From: Patescibacteria group bacterium
Lineage (GTDB): Bacteria; Patescibacteriota; Patescibacteriia; UBA9570
Length of the DNA stretch: 64,000 nucleotides
NCBI GenBank assembly: GCA_041665365.1
Contig: JBAYIY010000001.1
Coordinates: 104,720 to 168,719, forward strand
Reading direction: 5' to 3'
Both the position numbers and the translations under genes were made by a program. The notes under the pieces are model-generated. The model made no database searches, had not been told where the DNA came from, and saw nothing but the letters and a program-made list of their open reading frames with translations. Shown here piece by piece: positions 58,097 to 64,000 of this stretch (positions within the stretch are counted from its first letter, which is position 1; each line of letters begins with the position of its first letter).

Positions 58097-59011
58097 CTAC
58101 ACCTTCAAGTATCTCCCAATCGAAAGCATACTACTCCCCAAAGCCAGCGCTAATGATATTAAGAATTGGCTCAGAACAATAATCCAGAAATTACTCAAGA
58201 AAAATACATTCAAGCTGAAATTATAGCCGGCAAAAAAACTATCGACATAAGGTGAAGCGGAAAATACGGTGATGGCTAAGGCCACAGTGGCTAAGGTACA
58301 GGCACAGACGGCATACAAAACACCTTCCCATAAGAAGGGGGCACGAATAAACCAATTAGTGGCTCCGACCAACTTCATAATCCCCAACTCTTCTCGGTGA
58401 GAATAGATGGCTACCCGAATGGTGTTATATAACATAATTACCGATATCAACACAAATATGCCACTAATCAATAAACCACCTTGATAAATCCGTTTGGTAA
58501 TTTCGGATAATTTCGTAATGGCGGCTTGGTGATCAGAAAAATTCTTCTTATCCACTAACACATTATATTCGGATGCCGAAAAAGCATCACTAATTACTTG
58601 GTAGTTATCCAGGTCATTAGATTGCACACTAAGTGTGGCTGGTAACGGGTTCTCATCTAGTTCACCTAAGGCCGCTTGAATATCAGGATCATCGGCATGA
58701 GTTTCAGTAAAGCTAGACAAGGCTTCCGCTTTGGAAATATAACGCACATTGGTCACTTCGGGTAATGATTCTAAATAAATTTTAGCTTTTAATATATCGC
58801 TTTCATCCGTACTGGCTTTAAACGTGAAATCAATATTGATTTTTTCCTCAACGGCATTAATCGCTTGGTCGGCCACTAAATTTAGCGTGCTCACTAAACC
58901 AACAATAAATAAGGTTAACGATAAAATCAGAATGGTGATACTGGAAATCCAGAGGTTTCTCCAAAAATGTTGAGTGGCATACTTAGTCGTGCGCGTTATA
59001 AAAACCAACAT
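58097..59011 (-). CDS. ftsX: Cell division permease FtsX
   Basis: RN..S, NPLP, NTIR, EL.IMKLVGAT.WFIR.PF..EG. Confidence 0.92.
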   Translation of the reverse strand: MLVFITRTTKYATQHFWRNLWISSITILILSLTLFIVGLVSTLNLVADQAINAVEEKINIDFTFKASTDESDILKAKIYLESLPEVTNVRYISKAEALSSFTETHADDPDIQAALGELDENPLPATLSVQSNDLDNYQVISDAFSASEYNVLVDKKNFSDHQAAITKLSEITKRIYQGGLLISGIFVLISVIMLYNTIRVAIYSHREELGIMKLVGATNWFIRAPFLWEGVLYAVCACTLATVALAITVFSASPYVDSFFAGYNFSLNVFFLSNFWIIVLSQFLISLALALGSSMLSIGRYLKV

Positions 59012-59012
59012 A

Positions 59013-59693
59013 TTATAAAGTATACTTACCGGCTTCTTGATCGGATACTATCACGCCATCATCAATGGTGACTACGCGTCGCCGTAAGCGATCCACAATA
59101 TCTTTATTATGTGTGACTAACATAATAGTAGTACCTAAGGTATTTATTTTTAATAACAAATCTATCACTTCTTGGGCATTAATGGTATCTAAACTGCCAG
59201 TCGGTTCATCGGCTACTAGCACTTTTGGTCGGTGTACTAGGGCTCGACCAATGGCCACACGTTGCTGTTGACCACCGGATAATTGGTGCGGAAATTTATC
59301 CCGTTTATTCTCCAAACCAACCACTTTTAACACTTGCGGCACAATCGTATTGATTTTACTTTGTTCTACCCCACACACTTCTAAAGCAAACGTGATGTTT
59401 TCATAAACCGTTCTTTTGGGTAATAATTTATAATCTTGAAACACTACTCCAACCTGCCGCCGTAAGACTGGAATGTCATGGGATTTTATATCGGTAATAT
59501 CCCAACCACCGATCACTACTCTACCCCGGGTTGGATGTTCCTCGGCAATTACCATCTTAGCTAAAGTCGTTTTACCAGTGCCAGATTGGCCAACAATTGA
59601 AATGAATTCACCCGAGCGCACTAACAAAGACAAATCACGGGCGGCGTAAGTGTTATCGGAATATATTTTGGTTACTTTTTTGAATTCGATCAT
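59013..59693 (-). CDS. ftsE: Cell division ATPase FtsE
   Basis: GQSGTGKT, VFQDYKLL, LSGGQQQR, ADEPTG; adjacent to ftsX. Confidence 0.92.
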   Translation of the reverse strand: MIEFKKVTKIYSDNTYAARDLSLLVRSGEFISIVGQSGTGKTTLAKMVIAEEHPTRGRVVIGGWDITDIKSHDIPVLRRQVGVVFQDYKLLPKRTVYENITFALEVCGVEQSKINTIVPQVLKVVGLENKRDKFPHQLSGGQQQRVAIGRALVHRPKVLVADEPTGSLDTINAQEVIDLLLKINTLGTTIMLVTHNKDIVDRLRRRVVTIDDGVIVSDQEAGKYTL

Positions 59694-60424
59694 GGTACTA
59701 ATTGAACTGTCACGGTGGCAACGCCAGCTGACAAATCGGCTATTTTTGAAAAATCATCGCGGGTTAAATCTACTACTCGCCCCGGAATAAATGGTCCGGT
59801 GGAAACAATAGTGGAATCGACATAAGCACCGGTGGCCACATTGGTAGTTCGAATCCGACTACCCATTGGGAAAGAGTTACACGCCGCTCCTGTCCAATCA
59901 TACCAACTAGCCAAGCCCTCGACAACCTCTCCGCTGGCATTCTTTTCGAACAAAGCAATAATAGCGTGTTTTTTAAGTAATCTGCCTCTTTGCACCAATA
60001 AATTATTAACATTAGATTGTTTACCAACGGGGCGCCAACGGTTTACTACTGAATCATAATACTTAACCACTATTGTCTGACCACCATAACTGGCCGGATA
60101 AGACAGTTGCAGTGCCACGGGCTGTTTTAATTTAAAAGTATCTTGACTTTGAAAGCTGTAACGATATAAATCAGAGATCGGTTGGGAGGTGCCATAATAT
60201 TTTTCCGGATGAGCCACTTTACTTAATTTAACCCGGAGTTTTTTGGCACCGGATACACTGGCCGCCGGCAAACCGAGCCAAGCTGTTTGCGTTGGATTGA
60301 CTAGTGTATAACCAGACCGCAAAGCATCCCGCCGCAATACAGTCTCCACACTGAAAAGATCAGCCGCCAAAGTGGGTAATGTGACCGATAATAAAACTAT
60401 ACCCGTTAGAAAATAATATTTCAT
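59690..60424 (-). CDS. RlpA-like DPBB lytic transglycosylase domain protein
   Basis: GLASWY, PMGS, GPF..GRVVDLT; signal peptide. Confidence 0.75.
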   Translation of the reverse strand: MKYYFLTGIVLLSVTLPTLAADLFSVETVLRRDALRSGYTLVNPTQTAWLGLPAASVSGAKKLRVKLSKVAHPEKYYGTSQPISDLYRYSFQSQDTFKLKQPVALQLSYPASYGGQTIVVKYYDSVVNRWRPVGKQSNVNNLLVQRGRLLKKHAIIALFEKNASGEVVEGLASWYDWTGAACNSFPMGSRIRTTNVATGAYVDSTIVSTGPFIPGRVVDLTRDDFSKIADLSAGVATVTVQLVP

Positions 60425-60427
60425 AAA

Positions 60428-60841
60428 TCAAACTAAAGCGTTAATTTCCTCAACAATTTGTTTTGGCACCACGTTTGATTTTACGATGTAACCATTGGCT
60501 CCCAAAGTTTCGGCCATTTGCCGATCTTCATTATTATCCAAATTAGTCATGATAATAACCGGCACCAACTCATACCATTTATTCTGCCGTAACCATTGCA
60601 AAATTTCGAACCCGGCTCGATCCCTAAATTTTACAGCTTCTGTGCGCGCTCCAGGCAAAATTAGATCGAGCAACACTACGGACGGCTTTTTATTTTCGGC
60701 CAGTAACCGCTCAAATAACTCGAAAGCATCCTGTTTGGTGCTAGCTGCTAACACCTGACCAATTTTATGTAGACCAAAGCTGTATAATGATACGAGCGAT
60801 GGTTCATCTTCAATCAGGACAATCCTTAAATCGCTTGACAT
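60428..60841 (-). CDS. Single-domain response regulator
   Basis: IEDE, LLDLILP, MTN, YIVKS. Confidence 0.85.
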   Translation of the reverse strand: MSSDLRIVLIEDEPSLVSLYSFGLHKIGQVLAASTKQDAFELFERLLAENKKPSVVLLDLILPGARTEAVKFRDRAGFEILQWLRQNKWYELVPVIIMTNLDNNEDRQMAETLGANGYIVKSNVVPKQIVEEINALV

Positions 60842-60850
60842 ACGGGCTGA

Positions 60851-60879
60851 ATGATACTATTTTTACTCTCGTTCGTCAA
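60851..60879 (-). promoter_or_regulatory. Putative sigma70 promoter
   Basis: TTGACG-17 nt-TATCAT upstream of 60841. Confidence 0.6.
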
Positions 60880-60889
60880 CCCCCACACT

Positions 60890-60932
60890 AGCCGACTTGT
60901 CGGCCGGAGTGAATCTGATGAACGAAGGCCGA
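60890..60932. repeat. Palindromic mini-insert at the tRNA-Thr 5' end
   Basis: agccga-cttg-tcggc-cggagt...acgaag-gccga; same scaffold as the 32909, 35009 and 36028 copies. Confidence 0.7.
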
Positions 60933-61003
60933 TGTAGCTCAGCTGGTAGAGCAACGGTATCGTAAACCGTGGGTCGCCGGTTCAATTCCGGCCATCGGCT
61001 CCA
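60928..61003 (+). tRNA. tRNA-Thr(CGT)
   Basis: GCCGAUG...CAUCGGC-U-CCA; anticodon arm ACGGU-AUCGUAA-ACCGU. Confidence 0.93.
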
Positions 61004-61013
61004 ATGTTTTGAT

Positions 61014-61637
61014 CTAGTCTTTATCAGCAAACACCACTAGCCGCGTGGCATATTGTTTAGCATTCTTGTCCCAGGTACCGGAACAGGTAATCAGATTGAG
61101 ATGTGCCTTGTTATCGTTTGAGGTAAAAACATCCGTCGCATCAGCTTCAGCATCATACGTTCGGCTATCACGCACAATAAAACTAACTAACTGTCCGGTA
61201 CTATCCTCCAGGGTAATTTTATCGCCGGTTTTTAATTTATTTAAATCTTCAAATACTCCAGTGGCACCGTTGTACCAATCAACATGTCCGGCGATAACGG
61301 CACTGCCTGTTTCTCCCGGGCGAGGCCCTAATTCATACCAGCCACCGTTTAACGGGTCTTGCGGCACGGCCATTGAGCCATCATCAGTTAAACCCACTGC
61401 TTCAACCGCAGCATCAACTGCAATACTCGGGATTTTAAGACGTTGCGGTAAGCCAATTGCAGAAACGTCTGGCGTTTCATTATTAATTACGATTTCAGGT
61501 TCACTTTTTTCATTCACTACCACATGAGGAGTAAAAACATTTCTCCAAACTAACAGACCAAACAGCACAACTGCTAGAGCGGCTAAGGTTAGTATTATAT
61601 TGACTGGATTAAGTATTTTTTTATGCATGCCTTTCAC
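61014..61637 (-). CDS. Class F sortase
   Basis: N-terminal TM, PGETGSAVIAGHVD, LNLITC, RLVVFA. Confidence 0.9.
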   Translation of the reverse strand: MKGMHKKILNPVNIILTLAALAVVLFGLLVWRNVFTPHVVVNEKSEPEIVINNETPDVSAIGLPQRLKIPSIAVDAAVEAVGLTDDGSMAVPQDPLNGGWYELGPRPGETGSAVIAGHVDWYNGATGVFEDLNKLKTGDKITLEDSTGQLVSFIVRDSRTYDAEADATDVFTSNDNKAHLNLITCSGTWDKNAKQYATRLVVFADKD

Positions 61638-63964
61638 TGCTCAGGCTCGACGCCTGTATCAGGTAATCCAGGTACAAATACAACTGTGTCTGTAGGTGAT
61701 GGTAATGCTGTAGCCACAACGACCGTAATAATAGCAAAGTCGCGCGCGATCAAACCGTTGGCCTCACCTGTCGCGACGGCCGTATTTGTGGTAGTTTCCG
61801 TAAGATTTGTCTGACAGGTGTACACCCATGATTCGGTCGGATCAAGTTTAGAATCGTCATTGATGTCGCCCGACACAAATGTTAACGGACTACATTTATC
61901 ATCCGAAAGCGTCACATGACTCAATGGGACAGTTCCTGGGTTAGTGATTGTTTCCGTATAAGTGACCAGCCCCCCATCAACTGACAACGCCAGCGGATCT
62001 GGAATTTTTGTGACGTGGATCAACGGCGGCACAACTGGAACACCAACCACCACCGTGGCACTGGCAATATCCGTGGCGCTGATACCGTTGGCCCAACCAG
62101 TCGCAACAACCGTGTTGGTATGCGTTTCCTGAAGCGTAGTGGTACAGGTAAATGTCCATGTTTCATTCAGATCGAGTTTCGCGTCAGCATTAGCATCACC
62201 AGATATAAGTACAATGGGGCTACAAGTATCACCAACCAATGTAATATCAGTTACCGGCAGAGTCCCAATATTAGTTAATGTGTAGGTGTATTCCACTTTC
62301 CCTGGACCATCTGGCAAAGACAGTAGATTCGGCACCTTCACTACATCAATGATAGGCGGTACAACATTAGGTGGAACCACCACAGCGGCTATGTCATTAT
62401 TCGTGATAATACAGAACAAGTTGTCGCCCGGATTGAGAGCCATCTGACCATTACTATTACAATCGCCTGATATTGTCTGCGTATAATTAGGGTCATCGGT
62501 TTCAGACACCGTATATGTTGCCGGTGCGGAAAACGTGTTGGTTTCGCCAGAAATGACGCTAGTAGTACCCACAAACAATGGAAAATCACCCACAGTCTTA
62601 GTCCCACCATTATCATTCACAACCGTTTTGACGACATTGATTGTCGCAGTCGGCACTACAACAGCTGCCATATCATTATTCGTGATGGTGCAGGTCTGGT
62701 CATCAGCCAAGGAAAGTGTCACGTGGCCCGTTGCATCACAATCCCCACTAAACGTTGCATTATATCCAAAAAATGCATCCTCACTCACAACATATGCACC
62801 GGCATCTAAGGTATATGCAGTTCCAGGCGATGCCGCTCCAGGTGCCGGGCTTCCTGACACATCCACGCCTCCATTCTTCACATACAAATTAAAATCAGAT
62901 CGCACAGCCGTTCCACCATCATTGTTCACAACACGTTTAATGACGTGTAAAGTGGCTGGAATATCATTGTTAATAATCCTGCAAGTCTTGTCCTCACCCG
63001 CCGCCAGCGTAATGTTACCGCTCGCATCACAATCCCCTGTGAAACTTTGTGTATAGGAGGTATTTACATCTTCACTGACCGCATAGGTTCCTGCAGTTAG
63101 GGTATAAGCTGTGCCAGGGGATGCAACACCAGGTGCCGGACTGTCGGCGACGTCTGCACCACCCGTCATCACGTGCAGATTAAAGTCAGACCGCACAGCC
63201 GTACCGCCATTGTCATTGGTAACCGTTTTTATCACACGCAGAGTTGCGGGAACGGGAGCACATGTGGCACGCGTAATGGTATTAGTATCTAAAGTAACGG
63301 CACCATTTCTGGCTAAAACGCGACCTTCGACATTAGCTCTGGTGGTAAGAGTAGCTGAGGTTAAGGCCAGAATATTACCTTTAAAGGTGGAGGTGGCACC
63401 GAGTGTAGCGGAACTGCCGACTTGCCAAAAAACGTTACACGCCTGAGCACTATTAATAAGACTTACCGTACTTGCTCCTGCTGTAATCAGAGTGGAAGCG
63501 GTTTTAAAGATAAAAACCGCATTAGGGTCACCCTGGGCGTCCAGCGTCAGGGTTCCTGTGATTCCAAAGGTGCCTGAGGCAGAGTTATAAACCCCTGAAG
63601 TTTTAGTCGTTCCCCCAAGCTCAGTTGCGACTGTAGAAACTGGTGTTTGTCCGGCGGCGTTTGTATAGGCTGTTACCAGATCAACTTTAGCCTGCACAGC
63701 AGTAGCATCGGCTACATGGGACGTTCCATTCAACGTTCCTGGTGGAAAACCAGTAACAGACGTACCGGGGCTAAGACCGAGATCGCCATTTAATACACTC
63801 GACCCCGTGTTAGTGACGGTTGAGCCGCCTAACACGACAAAATTATCCGCTGAGCCAAGATCCACGGCCGTAGCCGCACTAACTGCATTAATTCTAGCTA
63901 GACCAAATGCAAATACAGTAGTTAAAACGATAGCTGAAAATCTACTAAAATCTTCACCTACCAT
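61634..63964 (-). CDS. Ice-binding protein (DUF3494) with Ig-like repeats and C-terminal LPDTG
   Basis: VDLGSADNFVVLGG, GTLTLDAQGDPNAVFIF, NVFWQVGSSAT, GRVLA; three VIKxVxNDxGGT repeats; two DUF11-like domains. Confidence 0.88.
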   Translation of the reverse strand: MVGEDFSRFSAIVLTTVFAFGLARINAVSAATAVDLGSADNFVVLGGSTVTNTGSSVLNGDLGLSPGTSVTGFPPGTLNGTSHVADATAVQAKVDLVTAYTNAAGQTPVSTVATELGGTTKTSGVYNSASGTFGITGTLTLDAQGDPNAVFIFKTASTLITAGASTVSLINSAQACNVFWQVGSSATLGATSTFKGNILALTSATLTTRANVEGRVLARNGAVTLDTNTITRATCAPVPATLRVIKTVTNDNGGTAVRSDFNLHVMTGGADVADSPAPGVASPGTAYTLTAGTYAVSEDVNTSYTQSFTGDCDASGNITLAAGEDKTCRIINNDIPATLHVIKRVVNNDGGTAVRSDFNLYVKNGGVDVSGSPAPGAASPGTAYTLDAGAYVVSEDAFFGYNATFSGDCDATGHVTLSLADDQTCTITNNDMAAVVVPTATINVVKTVVNDNGGTKTVGDFPLFVGTTSVISGETNTFSAPATYTVSETDDPNYTQTISGDCNSNGQMALNPGDNLFCIITNNDIAAVVVPPNVVPPIIDVVKVPNLLSLPDGPGKVEYTYTLTNIGTLPVTDITLVGDTCSPIVLISGDANADAKLDLNETWTFTCTTTLQETHTNTVVATGWANGISATDIASATVVVGVPVVPPLIHVTKIPDPLALSVDGGLVTYTETITNPGTVPLSHVTLSDDKCSPLTFVSGDINDDSKLDPTESWVYTCQTNLTETTTNTAVATGEANGLIARDFAIITVVVATALPSPTDTVVFVPGLPDTGVEPEQ

Positions 63965-64000
63965 TTAATCACTCGCTTATTCAAATAAGAATATAATAAC

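Overview
This is low-GC bacterial DNA (code 11). It is most likely Patescibacteria/CPR, an inference from CPR-typical proteins (Cys-rich Zn protein, VExHGEAWYVNP-repeat protein, class F sortase, type IV pilus cassette) and scarce Shine-Dalgarno sites. At 1-5.5 kb is a shikimate operon (aroA, aroK-aroE fusion, DAHP synthase, aroB, aroC). It is preceded by an unannotated Phe/Tyr-rich leader peptide with terminator and antiterminator hairpins. At 5.5-29.5 kb are housekeeping and accessory genes, tRNA-Pro, a RAYT remnant with REPs and a type IV pilus locus. At about 29.56-57.49 kb is a composite island anchored on the 3' end of tRNA-Gln(TTG), with a 21-bp att repeat at 35053 and 57466. The island is built from recurring att-like modules. 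It carries an integron-type attC cassette, two heliorhodopsin genes, a Shedu/HEPN/TerB-N defence-like operon, a capsid-less module (ParB-methylase, methylase, TerS-like protein, TerL, large serine recombinase) and high-GC secreted MopE-repeat proteins. At 57.6-64 kb are a DUF559 gene with terminal inverted repeats, ftsXE, an RlpA-like gene, tRNA-Thr, and a class F sortase with an LPDTG-tagged ice-binding protein. All family calls come from motif recognition, not database searches.
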